DNA from: Pseudomonadota bacterium
Lineage (GTDB): Bacteria; Pseudomonadota; Alphaproteobacteria; JBCCHK01
Assembly (NCBI GenBank): GCA_039028835.1
Contig: JBCCHK010000008.1
Location: 6,698 to 70,697, forward strand
Length of the DNA: 64,000 nucleotides
Reading direction: 5' to 3'
Every line of letters begins with the position of its first letter. Within the stretch, counting starts at the first letter, position 1. Below the pieces are notes generated by a model. That model was given only the letters and a program-made list of their open reading frames with translations. It was not told where the DNA came from and did not search any database. The translations under genes were made by a program, and so were the position numbers. Below are positions 1 to 9,682 of this stretch, piece after piece.

Positions 1-3
1 CTG

Positions 4-933
4 GTGGTGGATATTGCCCCGGCGGTGGAAGACCAAAAAACATCCTCACCAGCGCCCGTGTCGCTTCCCGCTGTTGTGCCGCCCCCGCCGCCCCTGCTAC
101 CAGCCAAAACGGCGCCGCCTGTTGTGCCGCCCCTCTCATCTGCACCGGCCGCATCGTCCGACGCAGGTCCAACGCCGTTACGGCCACCGCGCTTTGCACC
201 TGGGCCATCCGCCCCACAATCTCCGGCATGGCAAGAGCCGGTATGGCAAGAGCGGGTCCTGGTGGTGATCGATGCGGGGCACGGCGGGCGCGATCCTGGT
301 GCGCAAGGGTTTGACGGTAGCCAAGAAAAAGATATTGTCCTGGCGGCGACCAAGATTATCAGCGAGGTTATGACCGCATCGGGTCGCTATGAGGTTGTCC
401 TTACCCGCGAGTCGGATCGCTATATTGGCCTGCGCGAGCGGGTAGAAAAAGCGCGCAGTGCAGATGCAGATATTTTCATCTCCCTTCATGCGGATAGCCT
501 GCATGATAATTCTATCTACGGTGTTCATGTTTACACGCTGACGGATGAGGCGGGTGATGAAGAAGCGCAACAACTGCTTGGCCAGGAAGACACGCAAAAT
601 GTCATGGCCGATGAGGCGTTGGAGAACAATGATCCGATGCTTGCGTGGATTTTGCTGGACTTAACCCAACGGGCGACCATGCACGACAGCCGCCGCTTGG
701 CCTATCATATTGTGCGGCAATTACAAGAGCGCGTGCCGATGACGCGCAATGCCCACCGCCATGCCGGATTTATGGTCTTACGTGCGGTGGACGTCCCTTC
801 TGTGTTGATCGAGCTTGGTTTTCTATCCAATCCGCGTGACGTTAGGGCCCTCAATGATCCGGCTTATATTTCGCGTATAGCGCAAGGATTGGTGCAAGCA
901 TTAGACCAGTACGTCCAAGAAACCAACGGATAA
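4..933 (+). CDS. amiC: N-acetylmuramoyl-L-alanine amidase (Amidase_3, AmiC-like). The 5' end is truncated by the window edge and there is a Pro-rich N-terminal linker.
   Basis: The 'VVIDAGHGGRDPGA' amidase_3 signature and 'LHADS' are present. The ORF runs off the window start. Confidence 0.8.
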   Translation: MVDIAPAVEDQKTSSPAPVSLPAVVPPPPPLLPAKTAPPVVPPLSSAPAASSDAGPTPLRPPRFAPGPSAPQSPAWQEPVWQERVLVVIDAGHGGRDPGAQGFDGSQEKDIVLAATKIISEVMTASGRYEVVLTRESDRYIGLRERVEKARSADADIFISLHADSLHDNSIYGVHVYTLTDEAGDEEAQQLLGQEDTQNVMADEALENNDPMLAWILLDLTQRATMHDSRRLAYHIVRQLQERVPMTRNAHRHAGFMVLRAVDVPSVLIELGFLSNPRDVRALNDPAYISRIAQGLVQALDQYVQETNG

Positions 934-947
934 TCGGGTTTCGCAGT

Positions 948-1892
948 CTATTTTTGCTTATGGGCAAGAGGATGATGGGTTTGCACCAGAGACATCATGT
1001 CAGCCTGTTGCACGTGAGTATAGATTTGCGTGGTGGCAATATCAGCATGCCCCAGCATCATCTGCACCGAGCGTAAGTCCGCGCCACCCTCAAGCAGGTG
1101 CGTGGCGAAGGTGTGGCGCAGGGTATGGGGCGAGACCTGCTGCGGGTCAATCGCCGCACGCAGGCATAGATTTTTAAGCATCTGGGCGAAGTGTTGGCGT
1201 GTTAGATGTCCTTGCCGGGCCGCGCGCGAGGGAAAAAGAAAAGGGTTTTCTATATCTTGAGTCTCAGTGGATCGGTATGCCAGATAGGTCTTTAACGCCT
1301 GCGTGCACGAAGGGGCGAGCGGCACCATGCGGGTACGTCCGCCCTTGCCGGTAATCGTCAACCATGGGTCTTTGCCTTGGCTGATGGCGCTCATCGGTAG
1401 GCTCACGAGCTCACTGATGCGCAGGCCCGTACTATAGAGAATCTCTAAAAAGACGACCATTCGTGCTCCTGGTGCTCCCTCCATTTGATAGGCGCAGTCC
1501 AGTAGCGCGGTGACTTGCTCTAGGGATAAAACCTTTGGCAAGCTACGCGGGATTTTTGGGCTGGCCAGGCGTTCGGTGGGATTGTCCGAGCGCAACCGTT
1601 CGGCCAGGGCAAAACTATAAAAACCGCGCAAGGTTGAGCGCATGCGCGAGTGTGAGCGCGGCGAGTCCTCGCGCATGGCAAGAAAAGTGTGGAGATCATC
1701 GGCCTTAACGCCGAGTATATCCTGCGGCGCGAGCCAAACCGCAAGGGCACGCAGATCACTAAAATAAGCCGCGCAGGTATTCATCGACACCCCACGCTCG
1801 GCCACCAAGGCTTCTAGAAAATGTTCGATAGACCGTAGCGAGGCGGCAGGAATCGCCTTAGAAATCGCTTTGGGGCGGGCATGGTTTTTCAT
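948..1892 (-). CDS. xerD: Tyrosine site-specific recombinase XerD.
   Basis: The C-terminal 'LRHTFATHLLEGGADLRSVQMMLGHADIATTQIYTHV' catalytic box (R..HxxR..Y) is closer to XerD than XerC. It sits in a housekeeping context, not a mobile-element context. Confidence 0.75.
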   Translation of the reverse strand: MKNHARPKAISKAIPAASLRSIEHFLEALVAERGVSMNTCAAYFSDLRALAVWLAPQDILGVKADDLHTFLAMREDSPRSHSRMRSTLRGFYSFALAERLRSDNPTERLASPKIPRSLPKVLSLEQVTALLDCAYQMEGAPGARMVVFLEILYSTGLRISELVSLPMSAISQGKDPWLTITGKGGRTRMVPLAPSCTQALKTYLAYRSTETQDIENPFLFPSRAARQGHLTRQHFAQMLKNLCLRAAIDPQQVSPHTLRHTFATHLLEGGADLRSVQMMLGHADIATTQIYTHVQQADMMSLVQTHHPLAHKQK

Positions 1893-1904
1893 GGATTTTA
1901 TATA

Positions 1905-2636
1905 TCACGAATCCGCCCGATATGCCACGAGCTCGAGCAGTTGGCTACAGATTTTACCGTATGCAGGATCATGCCGGACCTGATCGGTACGTTCGGCAGG
2001 CAGATCGATGGTTTGAGCACGGTAGATTGTGCCTGGTTTCGGTGTCATGACAAGGGTACGGGTCGATAAAAACCCGGCTTCAAAAGGGCTATGCGTCACC
2101 ATCAGAGCGGTAAAGTTTTGCGCGCGCCAGAGATCATGCACCAAGGTTTGCAAACTAAGGCGGGTAATCTCATCCATGTGGGCAAAGGGCTCGTCCATCA
2201 GCAAGAGAGTCGGCCGTGTGACCAACGCGCGGGCAAGAGCCACGCGCATGCTCATACCGCCGGACAGCTGTGCAGGCTTGCTGTGATGACTATCGGGCAA
2301 TCGCACGGCCGCAAGCATCTCATCGATCACCGGACGCGCTTGGCTGCGCGATTGTCCCGCAAGGCGTAAGGGCAGATAGACGTTATCGAAAACATCGGCC
2401 CAGGGCATCAGGCTGGGGGACTGAAACACCATCGCGATGTTCTCGGTGCGGCGGTCGATCTGGCCGGTGGTCGGTCGCTCTAAGCCTGCAAGAAGGCGCA
2501 GCAACGTAGATTTGCCACACCCCGATTGGCCAAGGAGGCAGACAAACTCGCCTGCTTGGATGCGAAACGAGACATCACGCAAGGCCTGCCCCGTATGCGG
2601 ATAGCGATGCGTGAGGGTCTCACAAGAAAGCATCAT
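1905..2636 (-). CDS. ABC transporter ATP-binding protein of the nitrate/sulfonate/taurine (NitT/TauT) family.
   Basis: Walker A 'GQSGCGKST', the 'LSGGM' signature and Walker B 'LLLMDEPF' are present. Confidence 0.8.
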   Translation of the reverse strand: MMLSCETLTHRYPHTGQALRDVSFRIQAGEFVCLLGQSGCGKSTLLRLLAGLERPTTGQIDRRTENIAMVFQSPSLMPWADVFDNVYLPLRLAGQSRSQARPVIDEMLAAVRLPDSHHSKPAQLSGGMSMRVALARALVTRPTLLLMDEPFAHMDEITRLSLQTLVHDLWRAQNFTALMVTHSPFEAGFLSTRTLVMTPKPGTIYRAQTIDLPAERTDQVRHDPAYGKICSQLLELVAYRADS

Positions 2637-3454
2637 CCGCGCGGCGCGGTAGAATGATGATGCGTGGCATGATTGTGTTCGCTGTCTTGTACGCCGTCTT
2701 GTACGTTATCTTGCGCGCTTTCATGCCAGCCTTGTAACAATCTACGCGAGAGAACAGCAAGGATCAGATGAAACGCAATACCAGTCGCAGCGATCAGCAA
2801 TAAACTCACCCCCATCGCAGGGATATCGAGCCGATAGCTGGACTCCACCATCAAAAACGCAAGGCCAAAGCCGCCCCCGCCCGCAACCATCTCGGCAACC
2901 ACGGCGCCGATCAGGCTCAGCCCACCAGCGATGCGAACGCCGGTCATGGCATGGGGCAGGCTGGCGGGGCCACGCAGCAGGATCATGCGCTGGCGCAGGG
3001 TGGCGTGATAGAGCGTGAAAACATCCTCAAGGTTGCGATCAGCACTGCGCAAGCCCACCAGGGTATTAGCAAGGATGGGAAAAAACGCAACGATCCAAGC
3101 GCACAGGGTTTGCGCAACAAGCGGCGAGTCGACATAGATTAAAATGAGCGGCGCAATGGCCACCACCGGGGTGACCTGCAAGGTAACGGCATAGGGATAG
3201 ATTAAGTGCTCCAAGGTGCGCGAGAGACTCATCAGCAATGCGGCGCTGCTCCCCAATATGATCGCGGCGAGAAGGGCGAGCAAAGCGACACTGACGGTGG
3301 TGAGCCAGGCGCGGGCCCAAAGCGCGGGGTTTTCTATAAAACGCGCAAGAATATCACCAGGCGAGGGTAGAATATAGCTGGGGGTATTGGCCGCCCCGTA
3401 CTGCCATACCCCAAGTAAAACCAAGCCGCCTAAGACAGGGATGATCCGGCGCAT
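2633..3454 (-). CDS. ABC transporter permease (SsuC/TauC-like, BPD_transp_1).
   Basis: It is a polytopic hydrophobic protein that is translationally coupled to the ATPase. The start is probably the internal Met ('MRRIIPV'), because the long ORF overlaps the upstream SBP gene. Confidence 0.7.
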   Translation of the reverse strand: MRRIIPVLGGLVLLGVWQYGAANTPSYILPSPGDILARFIENPALWARAWLTTVSVALLALLAAIILGSSAALLMSLSRTLEHLIYPYAVTLQVTPVVAIAPLILIYVDSPLVAQTLCAWIVAFFPILANTLVGLRSADRNLEDVFTLYHATLRQRMILLRGPASLPHAMTGVRIAGGLSLIGAVVAEMVAGGGGFGLAFLMVESSYRLDIPAMGVSLLLIAATGIAFHLILAVLSRRLLQGWHESAQDNVQDGVQDSEHNHATHHHSTAPRG

Positions 3455-3464
3455 CAGGCGTTGG

Positions 3465-4463
3465 CTAAAGCCCACGGCCTTGATTGACAAACCGGGTCGT
3501 AAAGGCCTTGCTGACATCCAAGCCATCGGGCAAGGCGCCAGTTTTCACAATCAGCGCAAGGTGGTCTTGCCATTTTTCTTGAGTCATGGCGCCAATCCCC
3601 AAACGCTTGGCATCGCCCGATTGGATGATGCCATGCTCGATCATCGATCGATGGGAGTGTGTAAGGTGATCGGCGGTCATTTTTGGGTTTTCTTGTAAGA
3701 TAAGGTCATGGGCGGGGCTCGGGTCATCGTGCAAATAAGCATGCCAGCCATCAATCGATGCCTGGACGAACCGCTCGATAAGATCGGGGTCTTGTGCGAT
3801 CTTCGCGCGGGTGGTCTCAATGGTTGTCGCATAACCGGGCAGACCATGATCGGCGAGCAGAAAAACGGTTGCTTGTCGTCCAGTTTGTTGCTCAAAAGTG
3901 TAGGGTTCAGAAGTAAGATAGCCTTGCTGGGCATCGGCCTCGCGCGCAAGCAAAGGGGCCATGCTAAAGGTATAGGGACGAATATCTTCATCCTGCAGGT
4001 TATAGTTTTTCTGTAGCCAGGGCCAGAAAGTCACACGGCCAATTTGCGAGATCAAAATCGGCTTACCGCGCAGGTCTTGCAATGTTTTGATGCCGGCATC
4101 GGGATGAGCCATAATGATCTGTGGGTCTTTTTGAAAAAAGGCGGCAACAGTCACCAGCGGCGCATCTTGCCCGAGCGCGTTAAGGGCCGTGCCACTCCCC
4201 CCCATGCGCACGTCAAGCTTGCCGGCCAAAAGAGCCTGGGCGTGATAGGTGCGCGGGCCACCAGGGATGATCGATACCTCAAGCCCAGCGTCGCGATAAA
4301 GCCCTAACGCCAAGGCTTGATAGTGGCCGCCGTGTTCGGCCTGGGGATACCAGTTGGTGGCAAAGCGCACCGGCGTTGCCGCGCGCGCAATAAAGGGCGC
4401 TGCTATCATGCTGGTGGTGGCTATAGAAAACGTGCGCCGAGAGATGGCCATAGAGAGAGTCAT
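3465..4463 (-). CDS. ABC transporter periplasmic substrate-binding protein (NMT1/THI5-like) with a Tat-like signal.
   Basis: The N-terminal 'SRRTFSIATTSMIAAPFIARA' twin-arginine signal is present. It lies in an operon with the permease and ATPase. Confidence 0.7.
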   Translation of the reverse strand: MTLSMAISRRTFSIATTSMIAAPFIARAATPVRFATNWYPQAEHGGHYQALALGLYRDAGLEVSIIPGGPRTYHAQALLAGKLDVRMGGSGTALNALGQDAPLVTVAAFFQKDPQIIMAHPDAGIKTLQDLRGKPILISQIGRVTFWPWLQKNYNLQDEDIRPYTFSMAPLLAREADAQQGYLTSEPYTFEQQTGRQATVFLLADHGLPGYATTIETTRAKIAQDPDLIERFVQASIDGWHAYLHDDPSPAHDLILQENPKMTADHLTHSHRSMIEHGIIQSGDAKRLGIGAMTQEKWQDHLALIVKTGALPDGLDVSKAFTTRFVNQGRGL

Positions 4464-4590
4464 ATAGAAAATAAAAGCGATCTAGAAAACATATATGGGT
4501 TTCTTCGTATCGCACCTATCGCTTTTTTGTCCATCGTATTAAGGCCATAAGCACTATGACCAGAACCGTTATGCAAACAAACAGTCCGGG

Positions 4591-5427
4591 CTAACGACGA
4601 TTCGATACGTGTGAAAGCTGGGCTCCGATCCAAGCTAAAAACAAGGATATAAAAACCAGCCCCAAAGCGTACAAGATCTCATCGTTGTGCGCAATCCCCC
4701 AGAGCCACTGACCAAGGCCCGCGTGACTGATGGTGAACGTGCGACGGGCAAAATGAGTGATCCGGTCATCCTCATCGGTTGTCCAGGCATTGACAGTATA
4801 AACCCCGGGCCGGATCGAAGGCGGCAGGGTGACATCATAACGAAAGAGACGATTGCCGATAAAAGATACAGCTTGGGGATGAACGGCATAGAGCCCGGTC
4901 GCATTTTTTTCTTCCAGCAGGGCATCGACGAAGGGATCGACCCACTGGGGGTTGTCTTGGGTGCGCTCGATTTGCAGGCGCAGCGCATTTTCCCACGGTA
5001 GGGGTAAGATCACCTGATCCTGCGCGGCGGATCCAGGTCCCGAATCATCGCCCGCCATGCCGTCAGCCCGCAGATAAAATGAAGGAATACCGGGCAAGTG
5101 AACCTCATCGTAGGCGATCCATAGGTTTTTGACGGCACGGGCGCGCCGGATATTGACGTCGTGATTTTCGCCGGTGATCTCGATCCACAAGTGTTGCTGG
5201 GGCGCTTCGATGGCCCCGAAGATGACCATCTGGCGATCTTCTTTAAGCTGGAGCAAGCGCAAGCGCACGCTGTCGCGACTCACATCCAGATAAAAAGGTT
5301 CATGAGGGCCAGGCTCCTGCGCTTTGGCCTGGGGTGCGAGGAGTAGCGTGAAGACAAGGCAGGCACGCAGGCATAGATTAAGCGCCATCCCCCAGCGCGC
5401 GATGGATCGGGACAAGCATCGACTCAT
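4591..5427 (-). CDS. Hypothetical exported protein with a C-terminal transmembrane anchor. It is a conserved alphaproteobacterial partner of DUF81/TauE permeases (TIGR02186-like, called from memory).
   Basis: The signal peptide is 'MSRCLSRSIARWGMALNLCLRACLVFTLLLAPQAKA' and the C-terminal TM is 'ILYALGLVFISLFLAWIGAQL'. Its start overlaps the TauE stop by 4 nt (ATGA). No known catalytic motif was found. Confidence 0.5.
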   Translation of the reverse strand: MSRCLSRSIARWGMALNLCLRACLVFTLLLAPQAKAQEPGPHEPFYLDVSRDSVRLRLLQLKEDRQMVIFGAIEAPQQHLWIEITGENHDVNIRRARAVKNLWIAYDEVHLPGIPSFYLRADGMAGDDSGPGSAAQDQVILPLPWENALRLQIERTQDNPQWVDPFVDALLEEKNATGLYAVHPQAVSFIGNRLFRYDVTLPPSIRPGVYTVNAWTTDEDDRITHFARRTFTISHAGLGQWLWGIAHNDEILYALGLVFISLFLAWIGAQLSHVSNRR

Positions 5428-6371
5428 GGCGTAAACCTTGCATCGGGGGTCACCCGAATATCGATGATGGTGTACAGCTGTTCGGGCGGGATAATCATAT
5501 CGAAGATCAGCCACGCGGCGGTGGACAGCACCACCAAAGCCAGGCTGGTGCGTGCCCACACAGGCGAGACAACTGAGGTGCAAGATGCGCCCAACAGCGC
5601 ACCAAACACGCCGCCACAGATCAAGGTGATGGCCAGCACGGCATCCACCGACTGGGTCGCCAGGGCGTGGACCACGGTGGCAATGGCGCTGGCGATGGTG
5701 AGCTGCAACAGGGATGTGCCTGGCACCACCGACGGGCGCATACCGATGATGTAGATCATCGCCGGTACCAAAAGAAAGCCGCCGCCAATGCCCAGCACGG
5801 TGACCAGAATACCGCCCACCCCGCCGATAAACAGCGGCAACAGCGCGCTGGCATATAGGCCCGACTCAGCAAAGCGCATCTTAAAAGGCAGGTTGTGCAC
5901 AAAATAGTGCTGGTGGCGTTTCTTGCGCTTCTTGCGTCGGGTCCAGCTCACCGAGCTTTCCAAAAGCATACTCGAGCCAATGGTGGTTAACAGCAAAACG
6001 TAAGAGATGATGATGACAATGTTGAGCTGGCCGGTGCGTTGTAGCATTTGAAAAATCACGATGCCGATCATCGTGCCGACCAGGCTGCCGATGCTCATGA
6101 CCAGACCGATTTTGAAGTCCACCGAATGGCGGCGAATGTGCGAGAGCAAGCCGGCAAAGGACGAGGCGACCATATGGTTGGCCTGGGTGCCGATGGCAAA
6201 GGGCGGCGGGACGCCAAACAAAATCAACAGCGGCGTCATCAAAAAGCCGCCGCCAATACCAAACAAGCCAGACATGAAGCCAATCCCTAAACCGAGGAGC
6301 ATCATGATCTCGACGCGAATTGTCGTCTCGGCGATGGGTAGGTAGAGTTCCATGACTTGAGGCTTAAGCAC
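5424..6371 (-). CDS. Sulfite exporter TauE/SafE (TSUP, DUF81) family membrane protein.
   Basis: It has two 4-TM repeats rich in Gly ('GIGGGFLMTPLL', 'GIGGGFLLVPAMI') joined by a basic loop 'RRKKRKKRHQH'. Confidence 0.75.
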   Translation of the reverse strand: MLKPQVMELYLPIAETTIRVEIMMLLGLGIGFMSGLFGIGGGFLMTPLLILFGVPPPFAIGTQANHMVASSFAGLLSHIRRHSVDFKIGLVMSIGSLVGTMIGIVIFQMLQRTGQLNIVIIISYVLLLTTIGSSMLLESSVSWTRRKKRKKRHQHYFVHNLPFKMRFAESGLYASALLPLFIGGVGGILVTVLGIGGGFLLVPAMIYIIGMRPSVVPGTSLLQLTIASAIATVVHALATQSVDAVLAITLICGGVFGALLGASCTSVVSPVWARTSLALVVLSTAAWLIFDMIIPPEQLYTIIDIRVTPDARFTP

Positions 6372-6505
6372 GCACGGGGCGGCGGGGAATGGCGACCTAT
6401 GCTAGGTTTTCTAACTCATTCGGCGAATCTGAGCAATAGCCCCCAGGGTGGTCGCGAGATATCCAATAGCCACCGGCGGCGACCCACGCTATAAGATAAG
6501 ACGTT

Positions 6506-7906
6506 ATGGCAAACAAATCTCCCTCATCGATCAGCGGTTTTGTGGAATGGTCCCCAGGCCAAAAGGTCGTCGAAGCGCAGATGATCGCGCGGATGCGTGA
6601 GCTCTTTGGTTTGTTTGGCTTTGCGGAGCTAGAAACCAGCGCAGTGGAGCGGCTCGAGACTCTCTGCGCGAAGGGGGTTGCCCAGCACGAGATATACGCC
6701 CTGCAGCGTTTGGCGCGGGAGGATGAATCGGGCAAAGGCGGGAAAAGGGGCGAGACGCCGCCGCCGAGTTTGGGGTTGCATTTTGATCTGACGGTACCGC
6801 TGGCCCGTTACGTTGCCCAGCACAAGGATCGCCTGCCTTTTCCCTTTCGTCGCTATCAGATGCAAAAGGTCTGGCGGGGCGAGCGTCCGCAAGCGGGCCG
6901 TTTTCGCGAGTTTTATCAGTGTGATGCCGATATTATCGATCTAACGCGCCTGTCGCTGGTGCATGACGCGGATATCCTCGTGCTCGCCTCGCGCGTGCTT
7001 GCCGGATTGGACGTGGGTGATTTTACCATCCGGATCAATCATCGCCGGGTGCTGGAAGGGTTGATTCTCGCCCACGGCTATGCGTCCGCACAGGTCCCGC
7101 GCGTCATGCAGAGTCTGGATCGGCTGGACAAGGTCGGCACAGCGCGGGTCGCAGCAGATTTGGCCGATATCGCCAAGGCGGCTGATGGGCAGAGGTTACT
7201 CGCGACCGTGACTGCGCCTCGGCCCCTTGCTGCCCTGGATCACCTGGATCAGAGATCAGAGCCAGTAGCCTTGCCTGACAATACCCCTTTGACCACCGGT
7301 CTTGCCCAGTTGCGTGAACTTTTAGACCTGGTGGTTGCTCTGGGCGGGGAGCCGAGCCATTTTCAGGTGGATTTATCCATCGCCCGGGGGCTCGCCTACT
7401 ATACCGGCATGGTTTTTGAAACATCGTTGGCGGATTTTCCCGATTTAGGGAGCGTGTGCTCGGGCGGACGGTATGATGAGCTCGGCGGCCAGTTTGGCGG
7501 CGTATCCCTGCCGGGGGTGGGCATGTCGCTGGGGCTCAGTCGCTTGCTTGATGGCGTCTTTCGCCAGCGCGCGGCGCAGGATTTTCCAGGCGCGGCAGTC
7601 CTGGTGGTTGCGCTAGGGGCTGACCAGCGACCGGCGGCTCTGGCGGCGTTGAACCACTTGCGCCGTAGCGGGGTGGCGGCGGTCTACGACCCGGACGATC
7701 ACAAAAAGCCAGCGGATAAGCTCCGGCGAGCGGTACGCGGCGGTCATCGCCTGATCGCCTTGATCGGCGAACAAGAAGCCCAAGACCGGACGGTGAGCCT
7801 CAAGCGACTGTCCGACGGCTACCAGATCAAAGTGCCGGTCGATGCCCTTGCCGATCACGCCCAAGCACTGTTGCGCGAGTCATCCTCTCCTTCAAGAGGC
7901 TCATAA
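6506..7906 (+). CDS. hisS: Histidine--tRNA ligase.
   Basis: The class II aaRS motifs 'FREFYQCDADII' and 'GGRYDELGG' are present, together with a C-terminal anticodon-binding domain. The 466-aa length excludes HisZ. Confidence 0.8.
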   Translation: MANKSPSSISGFVEWSPGQKVVEAQMIARMRELFGLFGFAELETSAVERLETLCAKGVAQHEIYALQRLAREDESGKGGKRGETPPPSLGLHFDLTVPLARYVAQHKDRLPFPFRRYQMQKVWRGERPQAGRFREFYQCDADIIDLTRLSLVHDADILVLASRVLAGLDVGDFTIRINHRRVLEGLILAHGYASAQVPRVMQSLDRLDKVGTARVAADLADIAKAADGQRLLATVTAPRPLAALDHLDQRSEPVALPDNTPLTTGLAQLRELLDLVVALGGEPSHFQVDLSIARGLAYYTGMVFETSLADFPDLGSVCSGGRYDELGGQFGGVSLPGVGMSLGLSRLLDGVFRQRAAQDFPGAAVLVVALGADQRPAALAALNHLRRSGVAAVYDPDDHKKPADKLRRAVRGGHRLIALIGEQEAQDRTVSLKRLSDGYQIKVPVDALADHAQALLRESSSPSRGS

Positions 7907-7986
7907 ATTGGCATAAAACTTGCTCGGTATCATAACGGATCGGGGAAAATCCCTCTCTGGCCCTAACAACCCGTCGAACAAAAAGG

Positions 7987-9651
7987 TTGATGATGCGTGT
8001 CCCGAGCCTAGATTTGCATAACTATTTGCAGACTCGCACGACTGACTTGCGTGTCTCCCAGGTGGATGTCACCCGTCAGATCGCGTCTGCCAAGAAAAGC
8101 AAAACCGCAGGCGGTCTGGGGTTAGATGCGCAGTTTGCCCTGGGCCTGCGCCGCCAAGTCTCCACCCTAGACGCCTACGAGCGGGTGTCCACCAATGCCC
8201 TGCAGCGCCTTAAAACCGTCTCCATGTCCCTGCAGGCGATCAGCAACAACCTGCGCTCGGACGATGGTTTAAGTGAAGGACTGTTGGATCGCATGCGCGC
8301 AGGCAATGGCGAGGTCGACCGCCTCAATGGCTTAAATCGCCAGGCAGAAAATGACCTGAACGTCTACACCGGTCGCCTGAACAGCAATCACAGCGGGGTT
8401 TTCCTGTTTGGCGGGCAAAAAACCGATACCCCGCCCGTTGCTTACGCCAATGAGATTTTAGAAGGAACCGACACCCAGATCGGCCTACGCGAAGCGATCC
8501 GCCGGCGGGAATTGGCCGATGGTATCTCCGGGCTGGGGCGTCTTACCTTGACGGATATTCCAGACCTGGTCCCAGGCGCAACCGCCAATGCCGTGCCCGC
8601 AGAAACCGCTACATCCTTTACCCTGAGCGATATCCAAGGCCGCAATTCTGATCGGCCCATACCGCAAAACTTTGGCTTTCAAATCACCGCCATCGGCGGC
8701 GGCATGGCAAATAACGGGGTGGCCAGGCTAACCGAGGCTGATCCACAAAACGGCATCAACGCCGCCATCAGGATCGATACAGACCCGCCAGGGCCGTTGA
8801 ATTATCTCAATGGAGTCTCCCAACACCCCAGCACCATAAGCGTTGGGCAAACCTTACGAATCACCCTGCGCTTGCCCGATGGCACCGATAAGATCATCCA
8901 GCTTACCGCGCGGGCGGCGGGAGTCCCTGCCCAGGGCGAGGATACCTTTGAAGTGAGCGCCAGCGATCACATCGCCAATGCCCGCAACCTGCATAAAGCC
9001 TTGAATGATGCGTTCACCCGAGAAGCCGGGCGAAGCCTGAAGGCGGCCTCCAATCACCAAGCCTCGGTGGATATGTTTGCCTTCCCGTCGCGGGTGGTGG
9101 CTGATCCACAGATTTACCCTGATCCTGAGCTGATCGATCATCACGATGCCCGTTTTGATCTCGTGTCCTGGTATCGCGGTGAGCGCGCCAGCGAGGTGGA
9201 AGGACCCTTTGCGGCCCGTCCCTGGAACAGCGGTGAGGTGACCTACGGCGTCCGAGCCGATCAGCCAGACATTGCCTCGGTCCTGCGGATGACGAGCCTG
9301 ATGGCCGCGGTACAAACCCCGCCCGAGCAGGACCTGCGCGGCGAATCTCACCCCTATTATCTGCTCTTAGCGAAGCAAAACGACGGCGCGGGCGAAAGTG
9401 CCCCCATCGCCGAATCTCAGACAAATTTTCATCAACTGGAAGGACGGATCGGTCTGCAACAGCAACTCCTGCAAGAGGCCAAAGACCGAGCAAAAACCCT
9501 CAAAGATCTGTCCCAAACCCAGCTTAACGATGTCGAAGGCGCTGATATGGCCAAGGTTTCTTCCCTGGCTACCCAGTTGGATGTCGATATCAAAATCCTC
9601 AATCAGCTAACCGTGCGCTTGTTGCAAAACTCGCTGGTTAACCTGCTTTGA
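7987..9651 (+). CDS. Flagellin-domain protein (flagellin or hook-associated FlgL-like).
   Basis: The N-terminal flagellin-like helix is 'LQRLKTVSMSLQAISNNL'. The C-terminal flagellin_C-like helix is 'VSSLATQLDVDIKILNQLTVRLLQNSLVNLL'. Between them is a long variable central region. Confidence 0.6.
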   Translation: MMMRVPSLDLHNYLQTRTTDLRVSQVDVTRQIASAKKSKTAGGLGLDAQFALGLRRQVSTLDAYERVSTNALQRLKTVSMSLQAISNNLRSDDGLSEGLLDRMRAGNGEVDRLNGLNRQAENDLNVYTGRLNSNHSGVFLFGGQKTDTPPVAYANEILEGTDTQIGLREAIRRRELADGISGLGRLTLTDIPDLVPGATANAVPAETATSFTLSDIQGRNSDRPIPQNFGFQITAIGGGMANNGVARLTEADPQNGINAAIRIDTDPPGPLNYLNGVSQHPSTISVGQTLRITLRLPDGTDKIIQLTARAAGVPAQGEDTFEVSASDHIANARNLHKALNDAFTREAGRSLKAASNHQASVDMFAFPSRVVADPQIYPDPELIDHHDARFDLVSWYRGERASEVEGPFAARPWNSGEVTYGVRADQPDIASVLRMTSLMAAVQTPPEQDLRGESHPYYLLLAKQNDGAGESAPIAESQTNFHQLEGRIGLQQQLLQEAKDRAKTLKDLSQTQLNDVEGADMAKVSSLATQLDVDIKILNQLTVRLLQNSLVNLL

Positions 9652-9682
9652 TCGTATCTTTAACTGTTAGGGAGTCATCGAT

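Noticed and set aside
948-1892. Whether xerD marks a mobile element or integron boundary.
   Set aside because: The flanks are the housekeeping genes amiC and an ABC importer. There is no att-like repeat or cargo, so the chromosomal dimer-resolution role of XerD is the simpler reading.
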